Source: Clostridiaceae bacterium (GTDB lineage Bacteria; Bacillota; Clostridia; Oscillospirales; Butyricicoccaceae). From it: a stretch of 64,000 nt of DNA. The notes below the pieces were generated by a model. That model searched no databases and was not told where the DNA came from. It was given only the letters and a program-made list of their open reading frames with translations. Numbering within the stretch: the stretch's first letter is position 1; each line of letters opens with the position of its first letter. A program made the position numbers and the translations under genes. The stretch spans positions 3,198 to 67,197 of the forward strand of contig JAEDEU010000001.1 in assembly GCA_016293155.1 (NCBI GenBank), given 5' to 3'. Shown here piece after piece: positions 10,013-19,950 of this stretch.

Positions 10013-11511
10013 ACGGAAAAGTGATACTGGTCAGTGCAGGACCGGGCGATGGCGGTCTGCTCACCCTGCGCGGCAAACAGGCGCTGGAGCGCGCGGAGGT
10101 GGTCGTATATGACCGTCTGGTCGGCGCGGAGGTCATGGAAATGATTCCGGACAGCGCGGAGAAAATCAACGTCGGCAAGACGAGCGGACATCATCCGATT
10201 CCGCAGCACGAGATCAACCGCATTCTGTGCGAGCAGGCGCAGAAGGGCAAGTCGGTTGTGCGGCTCAAGGGCGGCGACAGCTATCTGTTCGGACGCGGCG
10301 GCGAGGAATGTGAGGAGCTGATTGCACACGGCATCGACTTTGAGGTCGTGCCCGGCGTGACCTCCGCCATCGCCGCGCCCGCCTATGCCGGCATTCCGGT
10401 GACGCACCGCGACTGCGCATCCTCGGTGCACATCATCACCGGACACAAGAAAAAGGACGGCGTGCTGCATCTGGACTATGAGGCGCTCGTCCGCGTGGGC
10501 GGCACGCTCGTATTCCTGATGAGCGTGACCTCCGCGCCGGAGATTTTAAACGGTCTGATGGACGCCGGCATGAGCGGCGATATGCCCGCCGCGATGGTGG
10601 AAAACGGCACGCGCCCGCAGCAGAAAAAGCTGATTTCCACCGTGGCGCAGCTGGCAGAGGACCGTCAGGGCATCAAAAGCCCGGCGATTCTGATTGTCGG
10701 CAGGGTGTGCGCACTTCCGGAGCAGCTGGACTGGTACAGCAGACGTCCGCTGCGCGGTGTGCGCATTGCCGTCACCCGTCCGAAGGAGCGCGCCGGTACG
10801 CTGACCGCGCGTCTGCGGGAGCTGGGCGCGGAGGTAATTTCCTATCCGTGCATCCGCACCGAGCGCATCGCGCCCAATCCGGAGCTGACCGCCGTGCTGT
10901 ACGACCTCAGCGCGTACCAGTGGCTGGTGCTGACCAGTCCGGCGGGCGCGGACGCGCTGTTTGACGCGCTGTTCGAGTGCGGTCTGGATGCACGCGCACT
11001 GGCACAGCTCAAGATCGCCGTCATCGGAGCGGGCACGGCAAAGCAGCTGCGGAAATATGGAATCTGCGCGGATTTTATGCCGGAAACCTACGATTCCACC
11101 CATCTGGCAGCCGGTCTGTGCCTGCTCGCCAGAGAGGGCGAGCGGATGCTGCTGCTGCGCGCCGAGGAGGCGTCTATGGAGCTGACCGCCGCGCTGAATG
11201 CAGGCGGCATCGCCTATGACGACATTCCGCTGTACCGCACGATTTACCGGAGCGAGAACAGCGAGGAGCTGGAGGAGCGGCTGGAGGACGGCACGGTCGA
11301 TTATGTTACCTTCACCAGTGCATCCACGGTAAAGGCATTTGCCGCATCCCTTCCGGGCACGGATTTTTCCAGTGTCACAGGCGTGTGCATCGGCAGACAG
11401 ACCGAGGCAGAGGCAAAGCAATATGGCATTCATACAATTTTAGCAAAAAACGCCGACCTCACATCCATGATCGAGGCGATTCAGGAGGACAGAAAAAATG
11501 GAACTGCTTAA
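10009..11511 (+). CDS. cobA: Uroporphyrinogen-III C-methyltransferase / uroporphyrinogen-III synthase fusion (CobA-HemD)
   Basis: 500 aa. The N-terminal half is SUMT (VILVSAGPGDGGLLTLRG, GGDSYLFGRGGEE). The C-terminal half is HemD-like (RIAVTRP..., LVLTSPAGA). Confidence 0.85.
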   Translation: MNGKVILVSAGPGDGGLLTLRGKQALERAEVVVYDRLVGAEVMEMIPDSAEKINVGKTSGHHPIPQHEINRILCEQAQKGKSVVRLKGGDSYLFGRGGEECEELIAHGIDFEVVPGVTSAIAAPAYAGIPVTHRDCASSVHIITGHKKKDGVLHLDYEALVRVGGTLVFLMSVTSAPEILNGLMDAGMSGDMPAAMVENGTRPQQKKLISTVAQLAEDRQGIKSPAILIVGRVCALPEQLDWYSRRPLRGVRIAVTRPKERAGTLTARLRELGAEVISYPCIRTERIAPNPELTAVLYDLSAYQWLVLTSPAGADALFDALFECGLDARALAQLKIAVIGAGTAKQLRKYGICADFMPETYDSTHLAAGLCLLAREGERMLLLRAEEASMELTAALNAGGIAYDDIPLYRTIYRSENSEELEERLEDGTVDYVTFTSASTVKAFAASLPGTDFSSVTGVCIGRQTEAEAKQYGIHTILAKNADLTSMIEAIQEDRKNGTA

Positions 11512-12481
11512 CAGACCGCGCAGACTGCGCACCACACCGGAAATCCGCTCGATGGTTCGGGAGACCCGCATGTCCCCGTCCAGCCTGATTCAGCCGCTGT
11601 TTGCCATCGAGGGCGAAAATATCAAGCATGAAATCCCGTCCCTGCCGGGACAGTATCATTGGTCGCCTGACCGCATCTGCGAGGCAGTGCAGGAATGCGT
11701 GGACGCAGGCGTGGACAAGGTGATCCTGTTCGGACTGCCCGCAGAGAAGGACGAGGTCGGCTCGGGCGCATGGGCGGAAAACGGCATCGTCCAGCAGGCG
11801 GTGCGCGTGATTAAAAAGAATTTCCCGAACGTCACCGTTATCACGGATGTGTGCATGTGCGAATACACCTCGCACGGTCACTGCGGCATCCTGTGCGACC
11901 ACTATGTGGACAACGACAAGACGCTGGAGGTGCTGGCAAAGACCGCGCTTTCGCACGCGCAGGCGGGCGCGGACATGGTTGCCCCGTCCGATATGATGGA
12001 CGGCAGAGTGGGCGCAATCCGCAAGATTCTGGACGACAACGGATACATTAACGTGCCGATCATGGCGTATTCCGCAAAGTATGCGTCCGCCTTTTACGGT
12101 CCGTTCCGCGATGCGGCAGGCTCTGCGCCGTCCTTCGGCGACCGCCGCTCGTACCAGATGGACCCGCATAACGTGCGCGAGGCGATCTATGAGTGCGAGC
12201 TGGATGTGCGCGAGGGCGCGGATCTGCTGATGGTCAAGCCGGCGCTCAGCTATCTGGATGTCATCGTCAAGGCGCGCCAGCGCTTCGACCTGCCGATTGC
12301 CGCTTATTCGGTCAGCGGCGAGTACGCGATGATTAAGGCGGCCGCAGCGGCGGGACTGATTGACGAGTACCGCATTATGTGCGAATCCGCGCTCAGCATT
12401 TACCGCGCGGGTGCGGATATCCTCATCACCTATTATGCCAAGGAGCTGGCGGAAGCCATGAGAAAGGGAGACATCGGATAA
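11498..12481 (+). CDS. hemB: Porphobilinogen synthase (ALA dehydratase) HemB
   Basis: RPRRLRTTPEIRSMVRET N-terminus, Cys cluster DVCMCEYTSHGHCG, active-site region MVKPALSYLD. 327 aa. Confidence 0.9.
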   Translation: MELLNRPRRLRTTPEIRSMVRETRMSPSSLIQPLFAIEGENIKHEIPSLPGQYHWSPDRICEAVQECVDAGVDKVILFGLPAEKDEVGSGAWAENGIVQQAVRVIKKNFPNVTVITDVCMCEYTSHGHCGILCDHYVDNDKTLEVLAKTALSHAQAGADMVAPSDMMDGRVGAIRKILDDNGYINVPIMAYSAKYASAFYGPFRDAAGSAPSFGDRRSYQMDPHNVREAIYECELDVREGADLLMVKPALSYLDVIVKARQRFDLPIAAYSVSGEYAMIKAAAAAGLIDEYRIMCESALSIYRAGADILITYYAKELAEAMRKGDIG

Positions 12482-13764
12482 TGGACATTTCGGAAGCACT
12501 TTTTGCGCGCGCACAGCGCGTTCTGCCGGGCGGCGTGAACAGCCCGGTGCGGGCATACCGCTCGGTCGGCATTGCGCCGCGCTTTATTCACAGCGCACAG
12601 GGCAGTACGGTCACGGACGCGGACGGCGTGACCTATATCGACTACGTCGGCTCGTGGGGTCCGATGATTCTGGGTCATAATCATCCGAATATTTTGCAGG
12701 CGGTCAAGGACGCGGCGGCGGACGGTCTGAGCTTCGGCGCGCCGACCGCGCGAGAGATCGACATCGCGGAGCTGATGATTTCCATGGTGCCGAACATCGA
12801 GATGGTGCGCATGGTCAATTCCGGCACCGAGGCGGTCATGAGTGCGGTTCGTCTGGCGCGCGGCGCGACGGGCAGAGATAAGATCATCAAGTTCGAGGGC
12901 TGCTATCACGGTCACTCCGACTGTATGCTGGTCAAGGCGGGCTCCGGTGCGCTGACCGGCGGACATCCGGACTCGGCAGGCGTGCCGGGCGGCATCGCGG
13001 AGTACACGCTGACCGCGCAGTACAACGATCTGGACAGCGTGCGCGCGCTGCTCGCGGCAAACAAGGACGAGGTTGCGGCGATTATCGTGGAGCCGGTTGC
13101 GGCAAACATGGGCGTGGTTGCGCCGCAGGAGGGATTTTTGTCCGGTCTGCGTGCGCTGTGTGACGAGGCGGGCGCACTGCTGATCTTTGATGAGGTCATC
13201 ACGGGCTTCCGCCTTGCGCGCGGCGGCGCACAGGAATATTTTGGCGTGAAGGCGGATCTGGTCACATTCGGCAAGATCATCGGCGGCGGTATGCCGGTCG
13301 GCGCATTCGCCGGTCCGAAGCATCTGATGGAGCAGGTCGCACCGACCGGCGCGGTCTATCAGGCAGGCACCCTCTCCGGCAATCCGGTCGCCATGGCGGC
13401 GGGTTTCTGTCAGCTTTCCATGCTGAACGAGCATCCGGAGTATTATGAACAGATCGAGAGAACCGCAAAGCTGGTCGCGGACGGTATGCGTCAGGCGGCG
13501 AAGGATGCGGGCGTTCCGATGGTGGTCAATCAGATCGGCTCGCTGCTGTGCCCGTACTTTACGGATGCGCCGGTGGAAAACTTTGCGGCGGCAAAGAGCA
13601 GCGATCTGGACAAATTCGCGGCATATTTCCGCGCCATGCTCAAGCGCGGCGTGTATCTCGCGCCGTCGCAGTTTGAGGCGATGTTCGTCGGCACGGCGCA
13701 TTCGGATGAGGACATCATGCGCACGCTGACCGCCGCGCGTGAGGCACTGGCAGAGCTGGCATGA
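12481..13764 (+). CDS. hemL: Glutamate-1-semialdehyde 2,1-aminomutase HemL
   Basis: LPGGVNSPVRAY motif and PLP-Lys region FGKIIGGGMPVGAF. ATG 12481 overlaps the hemB TAA by 1 nt. The upstream part of the 12379 ORF lies inside hemB. Confidence 0.9.
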   Translation: MDISEALFARAQRVLPGGVNSPVRAYRSVGIAPRFIHSAQGSTVTDADGVTYIDYVGSWGPMILGHNHPNILQAVKDAAADGLSFGAPTAREIDIAELMISMVPNIEMVRMVNSGTEAVMSAVRLARGATGRDKIIKFEGCYHGHSDCMLVKAGSGALTGGHPDSAGVPGGIAEYTLTAQYNDLDSVRALLAANKDEVAAIIVEPVAANMGVVAPQEGFLSGLRALCDEAGALLIFDEVITGFRLARGGAQEYFGVKADLVTFGKIIGGGMPVGAFAGPKHLMEQVAPTGAVYQAGTLSGNPVAMAAGFCQLSMLNEHPEYYEQIERTAKLVADGMRQAAKDAGVPMVVNQIGSLLCPYFTDAPVENFAAAKSSDLDKFAAYFRAMLKRGVYLAPSQFEAMFVGTAHSDEDIMRTLTAAREALAELA

Positions 13765-14948
13765 AGCACTATGTCATCCTCGGGGCGGGGCTGGGCTCGC
13801 CCGAATTTCTGACCGGACGCGCGGCGGAGACCATCCGCCGCGCGGATCACGTGCTCACGACCGAACGCATTGCGCACGGTCTGTCCGGTCTGCGCGCGGA
13901 CATCGAGGTGCTGCCGTTTTCGCAGCTCGGCGCACGGGCGGAGCAGTGTGAGGGCACCACCGCCGTGCTGGTCAGCGGCGATACCGGATTTTTCAGCGCC
14001 GCCTCCGCGCTGTACGAGCGGCTGAGCCAAACCGCTCCGACCGAGCTGGTCTGCGGCATCGGCAGTATGCAGGCGTTCTGCGCGGCGATCGGCGAGCGGT
14101 ATGACGATGTGTTCTGGCTGAGCGTGCACGGCAGAAGCGCGCACTCCCTGCTCGGCGCGGTGAGCTATCACAAAAAGGTGTTTGCGCTCACGGGCGGCAC
14201 ATTTTGTGCACAGGAGGTTTGCCGTCTGATGTGCAAAAACGGCTTGGGACAGCTGCGCGTCGTGATCGGGGAGCAGCTGGGCGCGCAGGACGAACGCATC
14301 CTGCGCGGGACGGCGGCAGAGTTGGCGAAGATGCCGACGGACTCGCTCGCGGTCATGATGATCTACAATGACAATCCGGCGGACGCATACCGTCCGCTGC
14401 GCGATGAGGATTTTGTGCGCGCCAAGGTGCCGATGACCAAGCAGGAGGTGCGCTGGCTGGTGCGCGATCTGCTCGCAGTGCGTCCGGAGGATGTGGTGTA
14501 CGACATCGGCGCGGGCACCGGCTCGTGTACGATGGAGCTGGCACGGTGCGCAAATCTCGGCGCGGTCTATGCGGTCGAGTGCAAGCCGGAGGCGGTGCAG
14601 CTGATCCGCGAAAACCGAGAAAAAACCAAAAATTTTCATGTTTCCGTGATCGAGGCGACCGCGCCGGACGGGCTGAACGAACTGCCCCCACCGGACTGCG
14701 TGTTCATCGGCGGCAGCCGCGGCAATCTCGCGGAGATCGTCGCCGCGTGCGTGCAGAAAAATCCAAAGGTGCGCATGGTCATCACGGCAATCGCACTGGA
14801 AACGCTGGCGCAGGCGCAGCAGGCGATGGCGGACTTTTGCGAGGTTTCCATCACCTGCGTGAACATTTCGCGCGCAAAAACCGTGGGGAATTACCATATG
14901 ATGACCGCGAACAATCCGGTCTGGGTGATCGGAGGACGGCATGAATAA
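13761..14948 (+). CDS. cbiET: Cobalt-precorrin-6B/7 C5,C15-methyltransferase (decarboxylating), fused CbiE-CbiT
   Basis: 395 aa. The N-terminal half is a tetrapyrrole methylase. The C-terminal half has the SAM motif VVYDIGAGTGSCTMELA typical of CbiT. Confidence 0.8.
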   Translation: MKHYVILGAGLGSPEFLTGRAAETIRRADHVLTTERIAHGLSGLRADIEVLPFSQLGARAEQCEGTTAVLVSGDTGFFSAASALYERLSQTAPTELVCGIGSMQAFCAAIGERYDDVFWLSVHGRSAHSLLGAVSYHKKVFALTGGTFCAQEVCRLMCKNGLGQLRVVIGEQLGAQDERILRGTAAELAKMPTDSLAVMMIYNDNPADAYRPLRDEDFVRAKVPMTKQEVRWLVRDLLAVRPEDVVYDIGAGTGSCTMELARCANLGAVYAVECKPEAVQLIRENREKTKNFHVSVIEATAPDGLNELPPPDCVFIGGSRGNLAEIVAACVQKNPKVRMVITAIALETLAQAQQAMADFCEVSITCVNISRAKTVGNYHMMTANNPVWVIGGRHE

Positions 14949-16281
14949 CGCGCCTCGCTTTGTCCTCGGCGGCACAAACAGCGGCTGTGGCAAGACAACC
15001 GTGTCCTGTGCGCTGATGCAGGCATATCAAAACCGCGGCGTGGAGGTCGCGGCGTTCAAGTGCGGACCGGATTACATCGACCCGATGTTTCACAGCCGCG
15101 TGATCGGCGCGCGCTCGCGCAATCTGGACGCATTTTTGTGCCGGAGAGAGCAAATCCCGCGTCTGCTGAGCAAAAACGCAGGCGCACTCTCGATCATCGA
15201 GGGCGTCATGGGATATTATGACGGCATGGGCGGCATCTCGGCGGAGAACTCGACCGCCGACCTCGCCGTGCTGACGGACAGCCCAACCGTGCTTGTGCTG
15301 AATGCACGGGGCATGTCGCTCTCCGCGGCGGCGCTGCTGCGCGGCTTTCTGGACTTTTCGCAAAACACCATCCGCGGCGTGATTCTGAACGGAATCCGCC
15401 CGATGATGACGGATTACTACGCAAGCATCATCGAATCCAATACCGGACTGACGGTGTACGGCAGTTTGCCGGACGATCCGGACTGCGCGGTGGAAAGCCG
15501 CCATTTAGGACTGGTCACGGCGCAGGAGATCGAGGATCTGCGTGAAAAATTGAACCGTCTGGCACAGCACGCGGAGCAGGGCATCGACCTCGACCGGCTG
15601 TTTGCGCTTGCACAGACCGCGCCGCCGCTGGCGGACTACGTGCCGCCGGAGCGGGAGTTTGACGGCGTGCGCATTGCGGCCGCGCAGGACGAGGCGTTCT
15701 GCTTTACCTATGCGGACGGACTGGATGTATTTCGGGAGCTTGGAGCGGAGCTCGTACCGTTTTCTCCGCTTCATGATACGGAGCTGCCGAAAAACATCGC
15801 AGGACTGTACCTTTGCGGCGGCTATCCGGAGCTGTATGCGCACCAGCTGAGCGCAAACCGCACGATGCTGGAAAGCGTGCGCATGGCGGTGCGCGGCGGT
15901 CTGCCGACGGTTGCCGAGTGCGGCGGCTTTCTCTATCTGCACGATACGCTGGAGGGCGAGCCGATGGCGGGCATCTGCGGCGGCGCGGGACATCTGACCG
16001 ACCGGCTGGGCAAATTCGGCTATGTCGAGCTGACCGCGCGGCGGGACAATCCGCTGTGCGCGGCGGGGGAAACGCTGCACGCGCATGAATTTCACTACTG
16101 CGCCAGCGCAGACGAGGGCGATGCCTTTTGCGCCCAAAAGCCCGGACGCAAGCGCAGCTGGAGCTGCGTGCACGCGGGTGAAACGCTGTATGCCGGCTAT
16201 CCGCACATCCATTTTGCCGGACAGCCCGAGGCGGCACGGCGGTTTTTGCGGCTGTGCGAGCGGTATCAACAGGACATTTGA
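14941..16281 (+). CDS. cbiA: Cobyrinate a,c-diamide synthase CbiA
   Basis: N-terminal P-loop GTNSGCGKTTVSCAL. C-terminal glutamine amidotransferase with ECGGFLYL nucleophile Cys. 446 aa. Confidence 0.85.
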   Translation: MNNAPRFVLGGTNSGCGKTTVSCALMQAYQNRGVEVAAFKCGPDYIDPMFHSRVIGARSRNLDAFLCRREQIPRLLSKNAGALSIIEGVMGYYDGMGGISAENSTADLAVLTDSPTVLVLNARGMSLSAAALLRGFLDFSQNTIRGVILNGIRPMMTDYYASIIESNTGLTVYGSLPDDPDCAVESRHLGLVTAQEIEDLREKLNRLAQHAEQGIDLDRLFALAQTAPPLADYVPPEREFDGVRIAAAQDEAFCFTYADGLDVFRELGAELVPFSPLHDTELPKNIAGLYLCGGYPELYAHQLSANRTMLESVRMAVRGGLPTVAECGGFLYLHDTLEGEPMAGICGGAGHLTDRLGKFGYVELTARRDNPLCAAGETLHAHEFHYCASADEGDAFCAQKPGRKRSWSCVHAGETLYAGYPHIHFAGQPEAARRFLRLCERYQQDI

Positions 16282-16300
16282 CTGCAAAGGAGGACGCGTC

Positions 16301-16825
16301 ATGCGGATTCTCGTAACCGGCGGGAGCGCAAGCGGAAAATCCGCGCTCGCCGAACAATTTACCGTGCAGTGCTCCGCGGGCGCAAAACGGCTGTACCTCG
16401 CCGCGATGCAGCCCTTTGGAGAGGATGCACAGTTCCGCATTGCGCGGCACAAAGCGCTGCGCGCCGGCAAGGGCTTTGATACCGTGGAGCGGTACACGGA
16501 TTATGCGCACTTTGTCCCGCCGATGGGATACGGCGCGGCGCTGTTTGAATGCGTGTCCAACGCGCTGGCGAATGAGCTGTTTTCGCCGGACGGCGCGGGG
16601 AATGCGTGCGGCATTGAGCAGTGCATGGACGCGCTGGAGGACGCCTGCGGCAGTCTGGTCATCGTCACAAACGAGGTATTTTCGGATGGAATCAACTATG
16701 ATCCGTCCACAATGGAGTATATCCGTCAGCTGGGCGCGCTCAACCAGCGCCTTGCCGCACGGGCGGATGTGGTGGTCGAGAGCGTCTGCGGCATTCCGGT
16801 ATTCTGGAAGGGGGAGCTAGGATGA
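16301..16825 (+). CDS. cobU: Adenosylcobinamide kinase / adenosylcobinamide-phosphate guanylyltransferase CobU
   Basis: MRILVTGGSASGKSALAE P-loop, central FRIARHKALR segment, C-terminal VTNEVFSDG. AAAGGAGG lies upstream of ATG 16301. The 16085 ORF extension overlaps cbiA. Confidence 0.85.
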   Translation: MRILVTGGSASGKSALAEQFTVQCSAGAKRLYLAAMQPFGEDAQFRIARHKALRAGKGFDTVERYTDYAHFVPPMGYGAALFECVSNALANELFSPDGAGNACGIEQCMDALEDACGSLVIVTNEVFSDGINYDPSTMEYIRQLGALNQRLAARADVVVESVCGIPVFWKGELG

Positions 16826-17598
16826 ATTCGATTTTGAGCGGCTTACTGGTCGCACTTTCGCTGTATTCCGCGATCCCTGTGCCGCAGGTGGAGTGGAAGA
16901 AGAACACGATGAAATACGCCGTAGCATTTATGCCGGTCGTCGGTCTGGTGATCGCGGGACTGGAGGCTCTGTGGCTGCTGCTCTGCGGGCGGCTGGGCGT
17001 GACGCAGCTGCTCTATGCCTGCGGCGCGGCGGCAATTCCGGTTTTTGTGACCGGAGGATTTCATCTGGACGGCTTTGTGGACACCTGTGACGCGCTGTGC
17101 TCCTACGGTGACCGGGAGAAGCGTCTGGAAATTTTAAAGGATCCGCACATCGGCGCGTTCGGCGTGATCTGGCTGGTGGCGCTGAGCGTCCTGCGCGTCG
17201 GTCTGTATGCACAGGTCTGGGCGGCTCCGGCACGCATTTCGCTGGTGCTGTGTGGCTATCTGCTCGCGCGCGTGCTCGGCGGCAGCATGATCGTCATGGT
17301 GCGCCCTGCGAAGAATTCCGGACTGGCGCATCTGTTTGCGGAGAACGCGGAGAAGCGCCCGGTGCGCATTGCTTTTTTGCTCTGGTTTGCCATTCTGGCT
17401 GTGCTGACGGTTTTCTTCGGCAGGATATCCGGACTGCTGATGCTGATCGCGCTGACTGCACTGCGCGTTTTGGTACAGCGGCAGTTTATGCGCATTTTCG
17501 GCGGCATGACCGGAGATTTGTGTGGATTTACGATTACTTTGTGTGAGCTGACGGCGCTCGTGTTTGCGGCGTTCGGCGGACTGGCGGTGGGTGTATGA
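16822..17598 (+). CDS. cobS: Adenosylcobinamide-GDP ribazoletransferase (cobalamin synthase) CobS
   Basis: 258-aa polytopic membrane protein with the HLDGFVDTCDAL motif. ATGA overlap with cobU. Confidence 0.85.
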   Translation: MNSILSGLLVALSLYSAIPVPQVEWKKNTMKYAVAFMPVVGLVIAGLEALWLLLCGRLGVTQLLYACGAAAIPVFVTGGFHLDGFVDTCDALCSYGDREKRLEILKDPHIGAFGVIWLVALSVLRVGLYAQVWAAPARISLVLCGYLLARVLGGSMIVMVRPAKNSGLAHLFAENAEKRPVRIAFLLWFAILAVLTVFFGRISGLLMLIALTALRVLVQRQFMRIFGGMTGDLCGFTITLCELTALVFAAFGGLAVGV

Positions 17599-17972
17599 CG
17601 ACATTGATTCTCGGCGGAATGGCGCAGGGCAAAACCGCGCTGGCGCAGTCGCTCTGCCCGAATACGGCGCGCTTTGACGGCGGAGCGGATGAACCGGAGC
17701 GCATGGATGCGTGCGGCATCGTGGACGATCTGCATCTGCTCGTGCGCCGTATGCTGGAGCGCGGAGAGCAGCCGCAGGAGCTGCTGCCGCGCCTGCTCGG
17801 AAAAACCGTCGTGTGTACGGAAATCGGTCTGGGCATCGTTCCGATCGACCGCACGGAGCGCGACTGGCGCGAGTACACCGGACGGCTGTGCTGTGACCTC
17901 GCCGCGCAGGCGGACCGCGTGATTCTCGTGCGCTGCGGAATCAGCCGCACGATCAAGGGAGAGCTGCTATGA
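17595..17972 (+). CDS. CobU-like P-loop protein, internally shortened paralog (125 aa)
   Basis: N-terminus TLILGGMAQGKTALA and C-terminus VVCTEIGLGIVPIDRTERDWREYTGRLCCDLAAQADRVILVRCGI align by eye with both ends of CobU. The central ~50 residues are missing. ATGA overlaps on both sides. Confidence 0.6.
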   Translation: MTTLILGGMAQGKTALAQSLCPNTARFDGGADEPERMDACGIVDDLHLLVRRMLERGEQPQELLPRLLGKTVVCTEIGLGIVPIDRTERDWREYTGRLCCDLAAQADRVILVRCGISRTIKGELL

Positions 17973-18937
17973 GCACGATGTTATGCGTTTTAATCGGCTT
18001 TTTGATGGACTGTATTTTGGGCGATCCGGAGCGGCTGTGGCATCCGATCTGCGGCATCGGCAAGCTGATTTCCGTGCTGGAAACGTGCATCCGCGGTCTG
18101 CTGCCGAAGACGCCCCGGTGGGAGGTCTTCGGCGGCGGCGTGATGTGGGTGCTCACGGTGGCGGTTTCATTTGCGGTTCCGTGGGGTATATTATGGCTGT
18201 GCGGACAGGTGCATCCCGCGCTGGCGTTTGCGGTGCAGTGCATCTTCTGCTGGCAGATTTTTGCCGCAAAATCACTCGCGCAGGCGAGTCTGCGCGTATA
18301 CCGCGCCCTGCGGAAAAGCGATCTAAACGAGGCGCGTAAATATGTGTCCTGGATCGTCGGACGGGATACCGCGGAGCTGAGCGCGGAGCAGGTGACCAAG
18401 GCGGCGGTGGAGACCGTTGCGGAGAACGCAAGCGACGGCGTGATTGCTCCATTGCTCTATATGGTCATCGGCGGCGCGCCGCTGGCATTTGCCTATAAGG
18501 CGGTCAACACGATGGACTCCATGACCGGCTATAAAAACGATACTTATTATTATTTCGGACGCATTCCGGCAAAGCTGGATGATGTATTCAACTGGATTCC
18601 GGCGCGGCTGACCGGTCTGCTGTTTGTGCTGTGTGCACGGATGGCGGGGCTAAGCAGGAAAGGCGCATGGAAGATTTACCGCCGCGACCGGCACAATCAT
18701 TCCAGTCCGAATGCGGCGCATCCGGAATCCGCCTGTGCAGGTGCCCTCGGCGTACAGCTCGCGGGCAATGCGTATTATTTTGGAAAGCTGTATGAAAAAC
18801 CGACCATCGGCGACGCCCTGCGCCCGATTGAGCCGCAGGACATCCCGCGCGCCAACCGGCTGATGCAGGTGAGCGCGGCGGTCGGCGTGCTGATCTGCTG
18901 TGCGGTGCGTTTGATTGCGGAGGGATTGCTTTGGTGA
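17969..18937 (+). CDS. cbiB: Adenosylcobinamide-phosphate synthase CbiB
   Basis: 322-aa membrane protein with LGDPERLWHPICGIGKLI N-terminus and SPNAAHPESACAGALGVQLAG region, typical of CbiB (CobD of the aerobic nomenclature). Confidence 0.85.
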   Translation: MSTMLCVLIGFLMDCILGDPERLWHPICGIGKLISVLETCIRGLLPKTPRWEVFGGGVMWVLTVAVSFAVPWGILWLCGQVHPALAFAVQCIFCWQIFAAKSLAQASLRVYRALRKSDLNEARKYVSWIVGRDTAELSAEQVTKAAVETVAENASDGVIAPLLYMVIGGAPLAFAYKAVNTMDSMTGYKNDTYYYFGRIPAKLDDVFNWIPARLTGLLFVLCARMAGLSRKGAWKIYRRDRHNHSSPNAAHPESACAGALGVQLAGNAYYFGKLYEKPTIGDALRPIEPQDIPRANRLMQVSAAVGVLICCAVRLIAEGLLW

Positions 18938-19950
18938 TACACGGAGGAGATCTGTTCGGCTATGCCGAGCGCAATCCGGGCAGACAGGCACTGGATTTTT
19001 CCGCCAATCTCAACCCGCTCGGCACACCGGAAGCCGTTGTGCAGGCAATTCACGGCGCACCGCTCGACCGGTATCCCGACCCGCTTTGCCGCGCGCTGCG
19101 GCGGGCGATGGCGGAGAAATGGAACACCGCTCCGGAGACCATTTTCTGCGGCGCGGGCGCGGCGGATGTGATCTTCCGTCTGGCACTGGCGCTCAAGCCC
19201 AAGCGGGCGATTGTGCCCGCCCCGACCTTTGCGGAATACGCGGCGGCGCTGCGCATGACCGGCTGTGAAGTGCAGTCGGTATCCATCGGCGCGGAGCACG
19301 AGCGGTTTGACGCGCTGATCGGCGCGGTCACGGAGGACACCGATCTGATCTGCCTGTGCAGCCCGAACAATCCGACTGGACTGCGCATCACAAAGGCGCA
19401 GTTTGATGCGGTTTATGCGCGGGCACGGGAATGCGGCGCGGTGATTTTGCTGGACGAATGCTTCGGCAGCCTGTGCACTGAGCCGGAAAGCCTGTACACG
19501 GGTCAGGCGGATGTGATTTTGCTCGGCTCATTTACCAAGAGCTTTGCGATACCGGATGTGCGCCTGGGCTTTTGCCGCAGCGAAAACCGCGCGCTGATTG
19601 ACAAATTATATGCCTGCGGACAGCCGTGGGCGGTGACCGGCGCGGCGCAGGCGGCAGGCATGGCGGCGCTGAACGAGGAGGAATTTCTCGCGCGGTCGAG
19701 AGCATATCTCGCCGCACAGCGGGAGTATCTCATTTCCAACCTGCGCGCACTGGGATACCGCGTGATCGACGGACAGGCGAATTTCCTGCTGTGCCGGGCA
19801 GAGCGGAGCATTTGCAGCGCGGCGGAACAGCGCGGTATTTTACTGCGCTCGTGCGCAAACTTTGACGGACTGGATGACACGTGGTTCCGCATCGCGGTGC
19901 GGACGCAGGAGGAAAACCGCATTCTCATTCGCACACTGGAGGGACTGTAA
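18931..19950 (+). CDS. cobD: L-threonine-O-3-phosphate decarboxylase CobD (class I/II aminotransferase fold)
   Basis: IHGGDLFGY...[14 protein letters not shown]-terminus and PLP-Lys region [21 protein letters not shown] start overlaps the cbiB stop. Confidence 0.8.
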   Translation: MVIHGGDLFGYAERNPGRQALDFSANLNPLGTPEAVVQAIHGAPLDRYPDPLCRALRRAMAEKWNTAPETIFCGAGAADVIFRLALALKPKRAIVPAPTFAEYAAALRMTGCEVQSVSIGAEHERFDALIGAVTEDTDLICLCSPNNPTGLRITKAQFDAVYARARECGAVILLDECFGSLCTEPESLYTGQADVILLGSFTKSFAIPDVRLGFCRSENRALIDKLYACGQPWAVTGAAQAAGMAALNEEEFLARSRAYLAAQREYLISNLRALGYRVIDGQANFLLCRAERSICSAAEQRGILLRSCANFDGLDDTWFRIAVRTQEENRILIRTLEGL

